DNA of 64,000 nucleotides from Elusimicrobiota bacterium (GTDB lineage: Bacteria > Elusimicrobiota > Elusimicrobia > UBA1565 > UBA9628), in contig JACPFR010000052.1 of assembly GCA_016182905.1 (NCBI GenBank), forward strand, positions 6,739-70,738, in the 5' to 3' direction. Shown here one piece after another: positions 1 to 8,455 of this stretch. The stretch's first letter is position 1. The number at the start of each line of letters is the position of its first letter. Position numbers and translations under genes: made by a program. A model generated the notes under the pieces. The model was not told the origin of the DNA. It worked only from the letters and a program-made list of their open reading frames with translations, and did not search any database.

Positions 1-1
1 C

Positions 2-805
2 GCCGCCGCGCTGGATCAACTGGCGCCGCTGAACCTGGGCCTGCGCAAGACGGGCGTCGAGTTCGACGCGTCGGTGCCGATCTCCTCCGTGCTCCGCCAG
101 GATCCTCCCGCGGGCACCGTCGTGCGCGAGGGCAAGACGATCAAGGTGATCGTCAGCCAGGGCGGCCAGACCGTGCTGGCGCCCGCGGTCGTCGGCCTGC
201 CCCTGCGCAACGCCGAGATGATGCTGCGCCAGTCCCAGCTCGCCCTCGGCGAGGTCAGCGAGTCCTACTCGCTCAAGCAGGAGAAGGGCCTGGTCCTCTC
301 CCAGGACCCGAAGGCCGAGGCCAGCGTCGAGCGCGACGCCCTCGTCAACCTCGTGGTCTCCGGCGGCGCTCCCCCGGGGGGCGTTTCTTTGATGCCGGAC
401 TTCCTGCGCAAGAACGTCGACGAGGCGCAGTCGTGGGCCGCCGGCGCCGGCGTCAAGCTCGACATCAAGACCGACGCCTCCTCCCTTTTCCCCAACGGCA
501 CCGTGATGACCCAGACCCCGGCGGCCGACACCGTGCTCTCCCCCGACGCGAAGGTCCACCTCCTCGTCAGCGGCCGCAAGGGCGCGGCGCCGACCGTGGC
601 CGCGAAGACCTTCAAGTACGAGCTCCCCCAGAGCGGCTCCGAGAGCCAGGTGCGCGTCGTCGTCGTCGACAAGTACGGCGAGCGCGAGCTCTTCAACGGC
701 GTGCGCAAGCCCGGCACGAAGATCGAGGTCCCCGTGCAGGAGACCGGCGGGGCGCGGGTCAAGATCTACATGAACGGCATCCTGGTCGAGGAAAGGGACC
801 TGTGA
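2..805 (+). CDS. PASTA-domain protein, C-terminal part (5' end lies outside the window; probably the extracellular region of a PknB-type Ser/Thr kinase)
   Basis: Frame 2 is open from the window edge. Tandem ~65-aa PASTA-like repeats (GKTIKVIVSQG, LVNLVVSGG, KVHLLVSG) are followed by a ~70-aa beta-rich tail. Stop at 803-805. Confidence 0.7.
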   Translation, partial: AAALDQLAPLNLGLRKTGVEFDASVPISSVLRQDPPAGTVVREGKTIKVIVSQGGQTVLAPAVVGLPLRNAEMMLRQSQLALGEVSESYSLKQEKGLVLSQDPKAEASVERDALVNLVVSGGAPPGGVSLMPDFLRKNVDEAQSWAAGAGVKLDIKTDASSLFPNGTVMTQTPAADTVLSPDAKVHLLVSGRKGAAPTVAAKTFKYELPQSGSESQVRVVVVDKYGERELFNGVRKPGTKIEVPVQETGGARVKIYMNGILVEERDL

Positions 806-807
806 TA

Positions 808-1497
808 GTGGCGACAAGAACCGTTGCCGTCGTGCCTTCTCTCCTGGCCGGGGATCTCGCGCGCTTGGGCGACCAGCTCGACCAGGTGAAGGCCGCGGGC
901 TGTCATTGGCTCTCCATCGACGTGATGGACGGTCATTTCGTCCCCAATCTGAGCTTCGGGCCCGATTTCGTCAAGCTCGCCAAGAGGAAAGGCTTTTACG
1001 TCGACACCCATCTGATGGTGACGAACCCCCTCCAGGTCGCGCCGTGGTTCGTCGAGGCCGGCACGGACATCCTGACCGCGCATATCGAGGCCGTCGAGGA
1101 CGGCCCCTCGGCGTTGAAGGCGATCCGCGCCCTCGGCGTGAAGGCCGGCCTCGCCGTGAAGCCCAAGACCCCGGTCGACGGCCTGGTCGCCGCGCTGGAG
1201 TTCTGCGACCTCGCCTTGGTCATGACCGTCGAGCCCGGCTTCGGCGGGCAGACATTCATGCCCGACATGATGCCCAAGGTCGCCGCGCTCCGCGCCGCGA
1301 TCGACAAGAACGATTCGAACTGCTGGATCCAGGTCGACGGCGGAGTCAACGCCGTCAACATCGCGCAGTGCGCCGCCGCCGGGGCCGACAGCCTCGTCGC
1401 CGGCTCGGCCGTCTTCGCCGCCAAGGATCCCGCCGCCGCCTTTCGGGAGCTCGAGCTCAAAGCCCGGGCCGCTTTTAAACCTCAGCAACAGCCGTAA
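808..1497 (+). CDS. rpe: ribulose-phosphate 3-epimerase
   Basis: SLLAGD...WLSIDVMDGHFVPNLSFGP...THLMV...VEPGFGGQTF...IQVDGGVN...GSAVF are hallmark Rpe motifs. GTG start at 808, 3 nt after the upstream stop. Confidence 0.9.
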   Translation: MATRTVAVVPSLLAGDLARLGDQLDQVKAAGCHWLSIDVMDGHFVPNLSFGPDFVKLAKRKGFYVDTHLMVTNPLQVAPWFVEAGTDILTAHIEAVEDGPSALKAIRALGVKAGLAVKPKTPVDGLVAALEFCDLALVMTVEPGFGGQTFMPDMMPKVAALRAAIDKNDSNCWIQVDGGVNAVNIAQCAAAGADSLVAGSAVFAAKDPAAAFRELELKARAAFKPQQQP

Positions 1498-1509
1498 ACG
1501 GAGAAAGAA

Positions 1510-1767
1510 ATGGTCGTCATCAGACTGCAGCGCAAAGGCAAGCCGCACCAGCCCTACTACCGCGTCGTCGCCATCGAGAAGGCTCGGGGTGCTACGGGCA
1601 AGCCGATCGAAGTGCTCGGCTCCTACAACCCCCGCGTCGAGACGCAGGGCAAGAAGGTCGAAGTCGACAAGACGCGCTACGAGTACTGGATCGGCGTCGG
1701 CGCCCAGCCGTCCGAGACCGTCCGCTCCCTCGTCAAGGCGGCGTTCAAGGCGGCGGCGGCCAAGTAA
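1510..1767 (+). CDS. rpsP: 30S ribosomal protein S16
   Basis: MVVIRLQRKGKPHQPYYRVVA...GSYNP is a typical S16 N-terminus; 85 aa; GGAGA upstream. Confidence 0.95.
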   Translation: MVVIRLQRKGKPHQPYYRVVAIEKARGATGKPIEVLGSYNPRVETQGKKVEVDKTRYEYWIGVGAQPSETVRSLVKAAFKAAAAK

Positions 1768-1768
1768 G

Positions 1769-2002
1769 ATGCTCATGAAGGACCTGACGCTCTTCATCGT
1801 CAAGCGCCTGGCCGACAAGCCCGACGCGGTGTCGGTCGAGGAGGAGCAGGACGGGGACATCACCGTCCTGAACCTCATCGTCGACGAAAGCGACAAGGGC
1901 AAGGTCATCGGCAAGCAGGGCAAGGTCATCAAGGCGATCCGCGCCCTCGTGGGCGTGGCCGCGCAGAAGGCCGGCGTGCGGGCCGAGGTGGACATCGACT
2001 AG
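1769..2002 (+). CDS. KH-domain RNA-binding protein (UPF0109/YlqC-like)
   Basis: 77 aa with a KH GxxG core (VIGKQGKVIKAIRAL), in the conserved position after rpsP. ATG at 1769 lies 2 nt after the rpsP stop. Confidence 0.85.
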   Translation: MLMKDLTLFIVKRLADKPDAVSVEEEQDGDITVLNLIVDESDKGKVIGKQGKVIKAIRALVGVAAQKAGVRAEVDID

Positions 2003-2005
2003 CCC

Positions 2006-2680
2006 ATGAGGATCGACTTCGTGACGTTGTTCCCCGGCATGTTCCCGTCCGTCATGGACGCGAGCATGATGGCGCGCGCCCAGGAGAAGGGGCTCGTGAC
2101 TTGGGGCTGCGTGAATCCGCGGGATTTCACGACGGACAAGCATCACAAGGTCGACGATCGTCCCTTCGGGGGCGGGCCGGGCATGCTCATGATGGCTGAA
2201 CCCTTGGAAAAGGCGATCAAGAGCATAAAGACGAAGAATTCGAAGATCGTGCTGCTGTCCCCGCAAGGAAAGACTTTCAACGACAAAACGGCGTTGAGAT
2301 TTTCACGGGAAGAGCACCTTATTCTCGTCTGCGGGCACTACGAAGGCATAGACGAAAGGCTGATGCCGCTGTTTCATGAAGAAGTATCGGTCGGCGATTA
2401 CGTATTGACCGGCGGCGAATTGCCGTCTATGCTCGTCGCCGACGCCGTGGCGCGCCTCGTCCCGGGCGTGCTCAAGAAGGAAGACGCGGCCGTCTCCGAG
2501 TCGTTCACGGACGGCCTGCTCGATTTCCCGCAGTACACCCGTCCCCGCGTTTGGAAGGGACGGGAGGTCCCGGAGGTCCTTTTCTCCGGAGACCACGCGA
2601 AGATCGCCCAGTGGCGTCGTGACGCCGCCGCGAAGGCGACCAAGCGAAAGCGTCCCGATCTGATCGAACGGGCGAAATAA
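2006..2680 (+). CDS. trmD: tRNA (guanine37-N1)-methyltransferase
   Basis: [13 protein letters not shown]...[13 protein letters not shown]...[12 protein letters not shown]...[13 protein letters not shown] are TrmD signature blocks. Confidence 0.95.
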   Translation: MRIDFVTLFPGMFPSVMDASMMARAQEKGLVTWGCVNPRDFTTDKHHKVDDRPFGGGPGMLMMAEPLEKAIKSIKTKNSKIVLLSPQGKTFNDKTALRFSREEHLILVCGHYEGIDERLMPLFHEEVSVGDYVLTGGELPSMLVADAVARLVPGVLKKEDAAVSESFTDGLLDFPQYTRPRVWKGREVPEVLFSGDHAKIAQWRRDAAAKATKRKRPDLIERAK

Positions 2681-2699
2681 GAGACGTCAGGAGAAGCGT

Positions 2700-3140
2700 A
2701 TGATGGCTGCAATGGATGAGAAGAAGAAGGTCCCGGATTTCCGTCCCGGAGACACCGTCAAGGTGCACATGAAGGTCAAGGAAGGCGAGTCCGAGCGCGT
2801 CCAGGTGTTCGAGGGCGCGGTCATCGTGCGCCGCGGCCGCGGCGCGAGCGAGAACTTCACCGTTCGGAAGATCTCCTTCGGCGTGGGCGTGGAGCGGACG
2901 TTCCTGATCTCGTCTCCCCACATCGAGAAGATCGAGCTCGTGCGCGAAGGCAAGGTCCGCCGCGCCCGCCTCTACTATCTCCGCGACCTGACCGGCCGCT
3001 CGGCCCGCATCGAGGACCGCGAGGGCGTTCAGGCCCCCGCGGCCCCGGCGAAGCCCGAGGCTCCCAAGGCCGAGGCCCCCAAGAAGGTCGAAGCGCCCAA
3101 GGCCCCGAAGGCCAAGGACGCCCCCGCCGTCGCCAAGTAA
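2700..3140 (+). CDS. rplS: 50S ribosomal protein L19 with a Pro/Ala/Lys-rich C-terminal tail
   Basis: [29 protein letters not shown]...[16 protein letters not shown]...[10 protein letters not shown] is an L19 core. About 35 extra residues of APKAEAPKK-type low complexity follow. The start could be one of the nearby in-frame ATGs. Confidence 0.92.
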   Translation: MMAAMDEKKKVPDFRPGDTVKVHMKVKEGESERVQVFEGAVIVRRGRGASENFTVRKISFGVGVERTFLISSPHIEKIELVREGKVRRARLYYLRDLTGRSARIEDREGVQAPAAPAKPEAPKAEAPKKVEAPKAPKAKDAPAVAK

Positions 3141-3141
3141 T

Positions 3142-3777
3142 TTGGACGGCCGGGCCTTCGACGACGACGCTCGCGCGCGCGGCCGCACCGCGACGCTGAT
3201 CGGCGTGGACGAAGCCGGCCGTGGGCCCCTCGCGGGCCCCGTGGTGGTCGCGGCCGTGTCTCTGCCGAAGGTGCCTTCGGCGGCCTTGAGGCGGGCGCGC
3301 GACTCGAAACAGATGACCCCGAAGAGCCGATCGCGGCTCTTCGGGGTCATTCGTTCCCAGGCCCTGTCCGTCTCGGTGGCGTGGGCGCATCCCCGGGCGA
3401 TCGACCGGGACAACATCCTGGCGGCGACCTTGTCCGCGATGGGCCGCGCCGCGCGCCGCGCGGCGGCCCGGACGGGCGAGGCGAGCGTGCTGGTGCTCGT
3501 CGACGGCCCCCGGTCCATCCGCGGCTTCGACCTGCCGCAGCGCACGGTCGTCGACGGGGACGCCAAGTCTCTCTGCATCGCCGCGGCCAGCGTCGTCGCG
3601 AAGGTCGTGCGCGACCGGTGGATGCGGCGCCTCGCGCGGCTCCATCCCGGCTACGGCTTCGCGGCCCACAAAGGCTACGGGACGAAGGCGCATCTGAGCG
3701 CCCTCGCCGAGCTGGGGCCGTGCGCGGCCCATCGCCTGACCTACGAGCCCGTCGCGCGGCAGGCGGTCCCGCGATGA
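3142..3777 (+). CDS. rnhB: ribonuclease HII
   Basis: LIGVDEAGRGPLAGPVVVAAV...DSKQMTP..R...VDG...IAAASVVAKV.RD...GYG is the RNase HII motif set. Apparent TTG start. Confidence 0.88.
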   Translation: MDGRAFDDDARARGRTATLIGVDEAGRGPLAGPVVVAAVSLPKVPSAALRRARDSKQMTPKSRSRLFGVIRSQALSVSVAWAHPRAIDRDNILAATLSAMGRAARRAAARTGEASVLVLVDGPRSIRGFDLPQRTVVDGDAKSLCIAAASVVAKVVRDRWMRRLARLHPGYGFAAHKGYGTKAHLSALAELGPCAAHRLTYEPVARQAVPR

Positions 3778-4127
3778 GCGGCCGCGCCGAGACGGGCCGG
3801 GCGGCGGAGGACGCGGCGGCGGAGCTGCTGCGCGCCAAGGGCATGACCGTCGTCGAGCGCAACTTCCGCGCGAAGGTCGGCGAGATCGACCTCGTGGCGC
3901 GGGACAAGGACGAGATCGTCTTCGTCGAGGTCCGCGCCCGCGCGTCGTCGTCCTTCGGGGGCGCGGCCGCCTCCGTCGGCGGCGCCAAGCGCCGCAAGCT
4001 GATCAAGGCGGCGCAGCTGTGGCTGCAGGCCCGGGCGTGGACCGGCCCGTGCCGCTTCGACGTCGTCGCCCTCGACGCGGGAACGGCGTCGCACATCCCC
4101 GCCGCGTTCGACGGGAGCGGCCGGTGA
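3774..4127 (+). CDS. YraN-family (UPF0102) endonuclease-like protein
   Basis: GRAAEDAAAELLRAKGMTVVERNFRAKVGEIDLVARDKDEIVFVEVRAR is a classic YraN core. Its ATG overlaps the rnhB stop (ATGA). Confidence 0.85.
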   Translation: MSGRAETGRAAEDAAAELLRAKGMTVVERNFRAKVGEIDLVARDKDEIVFVEVRARASSSFGGAAASVGGAKRRKLIKAAQLWLQARAWTGPCRFDVVALDAGTASHIPAAFDGSGR

Positions 4128-4912
4128 GCGTGGAGCTCGTGCCGCAGGACCTCCCGGACGACCTCCCGGAGGAGAAACGGCTCCCGCTGTGGGACCACGT
4201 CGGCGAGTTCCGCGACCGCCTGATCAACAGCGCGATCGCCCTGTTCGTCGCGACCGCCTGCGGCTACTTCCTGCGCTTCCGCCTCTGGGACCTGGCCCAG
4301 CGTCCGCTGCGCGTCGCCGCGCCGGCTCTCGTGGCGCCCTTCACCTACACCGACCTGGCCGAGCCGTTCATCTCGATGATGCGCCTGTCCTTCTGGACCT
4401 CGGTGTTCGTCATCTCCCCTTACCTCTTCTATCAGGTCTGGGCCTTCGTCCGGCCGGCTCTGCGCGACCGCGAGCGGCGCATGGCCGTGACCTTCACGGC
4501 CGCGACGAGCGTGTGCTTCGTCGCGGGCGCCGTGTTCGCCTATTTCGTCGCCTTCCCCGTGCTGGCCAACGTCCTCCTCGACGAGGCCGGCCGGGCCGGC
4601 CTGCGCCCCAACCTGAAGCCCACCGAGTACCTGAACCTGTTCCTCTGCGTCGTGGTCGGCACGGGCGTCTCCTTCGAGGCGCCGGTGCTGTTCTACTTCC
4701 TCGCCCGCTTCCGGCTGGTGAGCGCGCGCGCGATGATCCGCTACTGGCGCGAGTCCACGGTGGCCATACTCGCCGCCTCGGCCTTCCTCACCCCCGGCGA
4801 CCTGATCGCGACGACCATCCTGTTCGGCGGCGTCCTGCTCGGCCTGTACTTCCTCTCGACGGCCGTCGTCTGGCTCGTCGAGCGCTCCCGCCCCGCCTCC
4901 TCGGACCTCTAG
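4124..4912 (+). CDS. tatC: twin-arginine translocase subunit TatC
   Basis: PLWDHVGEFRDRLI followed by six hydrophobic spans (PF...SVFVISPYLFYQVWAFV.PAL...E, GV.FE.PVL). GTG start overlaps the yraN-like stop. Confidence 0.87.
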   Translation: MSVELVPQDLPDDLPEEKRLPLWDHVGEFRDRLINSAIALFVATACGYFLRFRLWDLAQRPLRVAAPALVAPFTYTDLAEPFISMMRLSFWTSVFVISPYLFYQVWAFVRPALRDRERRMAVTFTAATSVCFVAGAVFAYFVAFPVLANVLLDEAGRAGLRPNLKPTEYLNLFLCVVVGTGVSFEAPVLFYFLARFRLVSARAMIRYWRESTVAILAASAFLTPGDLIATTILFGGVLLGLYFLSTAVVWLVERSRPASSDL

Positions 4913-4918
4913 TCCGAG

Positions 4919-4936
4919 GATGACCTCAAGGTCATC
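4919..4936. terminator. short hairpin between convergent tatC and the XRE gene
   Basis: gatgacc-tcaa-ggtcatc, a 7-bp stem lying between the two stop codons (4912 and 4938). No clear T-tract. Confidence 0.3.
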
Positions 4937-4937
4937 A

Positions 4938-5375
4938 TCACTCCCGCGCCGGCAGTGATGATGTCTTGGACGACATCGTCCGCCCCTTCCGGAACGGGCG
5001 CGACTGGCGCGGCAGGTCGAGCGCGTCAGGGATGACGAGAGGCTCATAGCCTAGCGGCCGCCACAGGGCCCTGAGCGTGCTCAATTTGACGTCGTCTCCC
5101 GCTTCGATGCGGGAGATCCGCCGCTGGCTCACTCCCGATCGTTTCGCCAGTTTGGCCTGCGTGAGCCGGTGATATTTCCTGATGAACCAGCCCTGGCGGT
5201 CGAAGGTCCAGGTACGCCAGGCGCCGGCGGCTTTCGCCGCCGCAGCCACCTCTTCCATCACGTCGGGGGCGGCGGCGATCCTCTTAAGAAGTTCGAGCAC
5301 GGTTCGGTCATCCATACCTTCATACGATCGAGCCCCCGAAAAAGTTGCATGGCGCGGGAAATCAAGCGCAATCAT
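4938..5375 (-). CDS. XRE-family helix-turn-helix transcriptional regulator
   Basis: The HTH segment LTQAKLAKRSGVSQRRISRIEAG sits centrally. The start is uncertain; an internal ATG at 5315 (MDDRTV) is an alternative. Confidence 0.65.
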   Translation of the reverse strand: MIALDFPRHATFSGARSYEGMDDRTVLELLKRIAAAPDVMEEVAAAAKAAGAWRTWTFDRQGWFIRKYHRLTQAKLAKRSGVSQRRISRIEAGDDVKLSTLRALWRPLGYEPLVIPDALDLPRQSRPFRKGRTMSSKTSSLPARE

Positions 5376-5481
5376 CCTGGAAGCCCGCTCGGACCTCTGT
5401 GCCGGTAGTTCCTTGGGCCCAGGAGACCTCGGGTCCTAGGGCCCTGACTCGCCCTCCGCTCGGCCGTTATCCTCATATAGA

Positions 5482-8319
5482 ATGACGACGCGCAAGAAGC
5501 TCCTGGCAGTCCTCCTGGCGACGCTTCAAGTCGCGTGGTCCTTCTCGTGGGGCGCCTACGAGGCCTTAGCTCAGGTCGTCAACGCCTCCGCCGCCCAGGC
5601 CCACGCCGGCGGGGTCCCCGCCATTCCCGCCTCCGCCGTCGGCGCCTTCTCTCCGGTCGGCCAGACCCACGCTCTCCCTCAGGCGTCGCTTTCCGCCTCC
5701 TTCGTCCCCGGCCTCACTCCCGTCCCGGTCCTGACCCCGTCCGCCGCTTTGGCTCCCGCCGCGCTGACCCCCTCGGCCATGCGATCCGCCCCGGCGCTCC
5801 AGGCGGCGCGGCCCGCGGCCGCCCGGGCCTCGGCCTCCGCTCTCGCCCGTTCCGCCGCCCCCGCTCTCCAGGCCGCCGCCCTGAGCGCCGCCCCTCGGGA
5901 CGGCGTGATGGCGACCGTCCGCCGCGACGCCCCCGTCGAGGACTCGAGCCGGGCCGGCGCCGAATCCTTCGCCGCCCTGTACCCCGAGGCGCTGATCGAA
6001 GGAGGCAGGGGAACCCTCGCCGATCCCGTCCGCGCCCCCGCCGCGACCGCGCGCCGCGCCGTCTTCCGCTTCGCGCCCGTCGCCGCCGCGAAGAACGACG
6101 CGCCGCTTCCCGTCGAGACGCCCGCGGCCAAGACCCCCGCCTCGGCGAAGCCCTTCTGGCACCGGCCGCTCGTCCGCGCCGCGGCCTTCGCGGGCGTGGC
6201 CGTCGTCGCCGCCCTCGGCCCCCTCCTCGCCGCGAACGTGGGCGTCGTCGCCGCGGCGGGCAGCGCGGCGCTCAGCGTCATCGGCATCCCGCAGATCTGG
6301 AAGAACTTCAAGGGCGGCAAGGACGGGGTCAAGGACCTCGCCATCGCCAGCCCCCTGATCTGGTTCGCCGCCGCCGCCTTGCTGTCCGTCGTGTCCATCG
6401 GCTCGGGCGCGAGCCTCTGGTGGAACCTCGCCAACGTCGCCGGCGTCGTCGAGAGCGGCGTCGTCGTCGGCCAGATAAACTGGCACAAGCGCGACCGCAA
6501 GGAGCTCAAGGCCACGGCGCTCACCGCGCTGGCGGTGCTGGCGCCTTTGCCCCTGATCGCGGGCGCGATCTTCATGCCCCTGTCGGCCTGGCTGACCGCC
6601 TCGTTCACCGCGGCGATGGGCCTGCTGTGGGTGCTGAACTGGCCCCAGATCCGCCGGAACGTCAAGATCTTCGCGCGGGAAGGCCGCGCGCCCCAAGGCA
6701 TCGCGCCGATGTACCCGGCCCTGGTCGTCGCGGGCAGCCTCCTGCACCTCTACGCGGCCGTGATGGGCGGCGACGTCCGCTGGGCCGTCAACGCCGCCAT
6801 CGGCATCCTCACCGCGGCCATCGTCCTCTCCCAGATCTACGCGCCGAAGGCGGCCAACTCGCTGATCGGCCCGCTGGTCCGCCTCGTCGACCGCCTGACG
6901 CCCGGAAAGGCGGCGGCCGGCCCCGCCGCGCTCAAGGCCAAGGCGAAGGCGCTGATCGCCCCCCTCCTGCCCGCCGGCTTGTCGCGCCACGCCGCGACCG
7001 ACGGCGGCAAGGCCATGGCGCGCGCCCTCGAGGCGGCCCGCGGCCTTCCCGGCCGCAGCGTCGTGTTCCTGGAGGCCCCGACCGCCGCCGGCAAGTCCAC
7101 CTTGGCCGAGGGCCTGAAGACGACGCTCGGCGAGCGCGTCAAGGTCTTCCCCGTGGACCGCTACTTCAAGCCCAAGGCCGAGGTCCCCATGGGCCCCGAC
7201 GGCCAGCCCGACTTCGACCGTCCCGACTCCCTGTATCTCGACCGCGTGGCGGACGACATCCGGACCTTGCTCGCGGGCGGCAAGGTCGAGCTGCCGCTCA
7301 ACGACATGGCGACGCAGACCACGCGCTTCGACAGCGGCGAGTACCTGACGCTCGGGGCCGACGAGGTCCTCGTCGTGGACTCGATCTACGCCTCGCACGA
7401 CAAGCTCATCAAGGCCGCGGAGGGTGCTGCGACCCTCAACGTCTATCTCGACGCTCCCGCCGTCATCCGCCTCGCCCGCCGCCTGCGCCGCGACCGCCTG
7501 GAGCGCGGTATTTCCGCAGAAACGAATCTCAAACGATGGCCCGTGATCCTCCAGGACGAGAAGGAGTTCATCCTCCCGCTCAAGCGGCGCGCCGACTTCG
7601 TCGTCAACCTGATCGGCGCCGAGGAGATCGGAAGGCTCGCCGACACCTACGGCGACGTCCTGGCGGCCGAGTGGACCGCGAAGGGCGAGGATCCGGCGCT
7701 GACCGCCCGCTTCCTCGAGGGCGTCCGCTCCTCCCTGCTGGCCGACCGGAGCTCCCGGGCGCTGCGCATCCTCATCACGGGGCCCCCCGGCTCGGGCAAG
7801 ACCACTTATGGGAAGATGCTGGCCCGCGACTACGGCATGATCCATATCTCCGTCGGCGAGCTGCTCCGCGCGAAGGCCGCCTCCGACCCGGCGCTCGCCG
7901 CCGAGATGTCCAAGGGAGAGCTCGTGGACTCGGCGCTCGTGCGCGGCGTGGTCCTGGAGCGCCTCTCCCGCCCCGACGTGCAGGCCTCCGGCTTCGTCCT
8001 CGACGGCTTCCCCCGCCGCCCCGAGGAGATCGGCGTCATCGAGTCCTGGATGAAGGAAGGCGGCACGATCGACGCGCTGGTCAACCTCAAGACGCCCGAG
8101 GCCGAGCTCCAGCGCCGCATCGCGGCCCGCGGCCGCATGGACGACAGCCCCGAGGTGTTTCAGCGCCGCATGGAGATCTACCGCGAGGAGACCGCCCCCG
8201 TCCTCGAGCACTTCCGCAAGACCGTGAAGGTGCTCGAGACCGACGCCGCCGGCCCCGACGCCGCGGCGAACTACGCCGGCGTGCGCGAGCTCGTCGAGCA
8301 GGTCCGGTCCGAGCCGTAA
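5482..8319 (+). CDS. multidomain membrane protein: signal/Ala-Pro-rich region + PQ-loop-repeat membrane domain + uridine-kinase-like P-loop domain + adenylate kinase domain
   Basis: A single 945-aa ORF. Two PQ motifs lie in hydrophobic spans (IGIPQIWKNFKGG; LNWPQIRRNVKIF). The Udk-like blocks are EAPTAAGKSTLA, PVDRYFK, DFDRPDSL, LPLNDMATQ, LVVDSIYA and DAPAVIRLARRLRRDRLERG. The Adk blocks are ILITGPPGSGKTT, ISVGELLR, GFVLDGFPRR and RGRMDDSPEV. Confidence 0.8.
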   Translation: MTTRKKLLAVLLATLQVAWSFSWGAYEALAQVVNASAAQAHAGGVPAIPASAVGAFSPVGQTHALPQASLSASFVPGLTPVPVLTPSAALAPAALTPSAMRSAPALQAARPAAARASASALARSAAPALQAAALSAAPRDGVMATVRRDAPVEDSSRAGAESFAALYPEALIEGGRGTLADPVRAPAATARRAVFRFAPVAAAKNDAPLPVETPAAKTPASAKPFWHRPLVRAAAFAGVAVVAALGPLLAANVGVVAAAGSAALSVIGIPQIWKNFKGGKDGVKDLAIASPLIWFAAAALLSVVSIGSGASLWWNLANVAGVVESGVVVGQINWHKRDRKELKATALTALAVLAPLPLIAGAIFMPLSAWLTASFTAAMGLLWVLNWPQIRRNVKIFAREGRAPQGIAPMYPALVVAGSLLHLYAAVMGGDVRWAVNAAIGILTAAIVLSQIYAPKAANSLIGPLVRLVDRLTPGKAAAGPAALKAKAKALIAPLLPAGLSRHAATDGGKAMARALEAARGLPGRSVVFLEAPTAAGKSTLAEGLKTTLGERVKVFPVDRYFKPKAEVPMGPDGQPDFDRPDSLYLDRVADDIRTLLAGGKVELPLNDMATQTTRFDSGEYLTLGADEVLVVDSIYASHDKLIKAAEGAATLNVYLDAPAVIRLARRLRRDRLERGISAETNLKRWPVILQDEKEFILPLKRRADFVVNLIGAEEIGRLADTYGDVLAAEWTAKGEDPALTARFLEGVRSSLLADRSSRALRILITGPPGSGKTTYGKMLARDYGMIHISVGELLRAKAASDPALAAEMSKGELVDSALVRGVVLERLSRPDVQASGFVLDGFPRRPEEIGVIESWMKEGGTIDALVNLKTPEAELQRRIAARGRMDDSPEVFQRRMEIYREETAPVLEHFRKTVKVLETDAAGPDAAANYAGVRELVEQVRSEP

Positions 8320-8320
8320 C

Positions 8321-8454
8321 GGCGACGAACGGATGAACCACTAAGACACCAAGACACAAAGAAAAGAAGAAGGGTAACGGCACGCCGATGCCGTTACCCT
8401 TCCTTTTCCGTTCTTCGTGTATTGGTGTCTTAGTGGTTCATCCGTTCGTTCGCC
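8321..8454. repeat. nested palindromic intergenic element, copy 1
   Basis: Outer 32-nt arms at 8321-8352 and 8422-8454 are near-perfect, with one extra t. A perfect inner 14-bp hairpin has arms at 8369-8382 and 8389-8402 (gaagggtaacggca / tgccgttacccttc). The element exactly fills the gap between convergent stop codons at 8319 and 8456. Confidence 0.85.
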
Positions 8455-8455
8455 G

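Noticed and set aside
5566-8211. Very long ORFs antisense or out of frame to confidently called genes. Examples are 5566-8211 (-), 5535-8336 (+), 9074-11734 (+), 17945-20665 (+), 54596-57343 (+) and 60682-63966 (-).
   Set aside because: Their translations are Arg/Gly/Ala/Pro-rich low-complexity strings with no motifs. This is typical of stop-codon-poor alternative frames in very GC-rich DNA. The overlapping frames carry clear family signatures.
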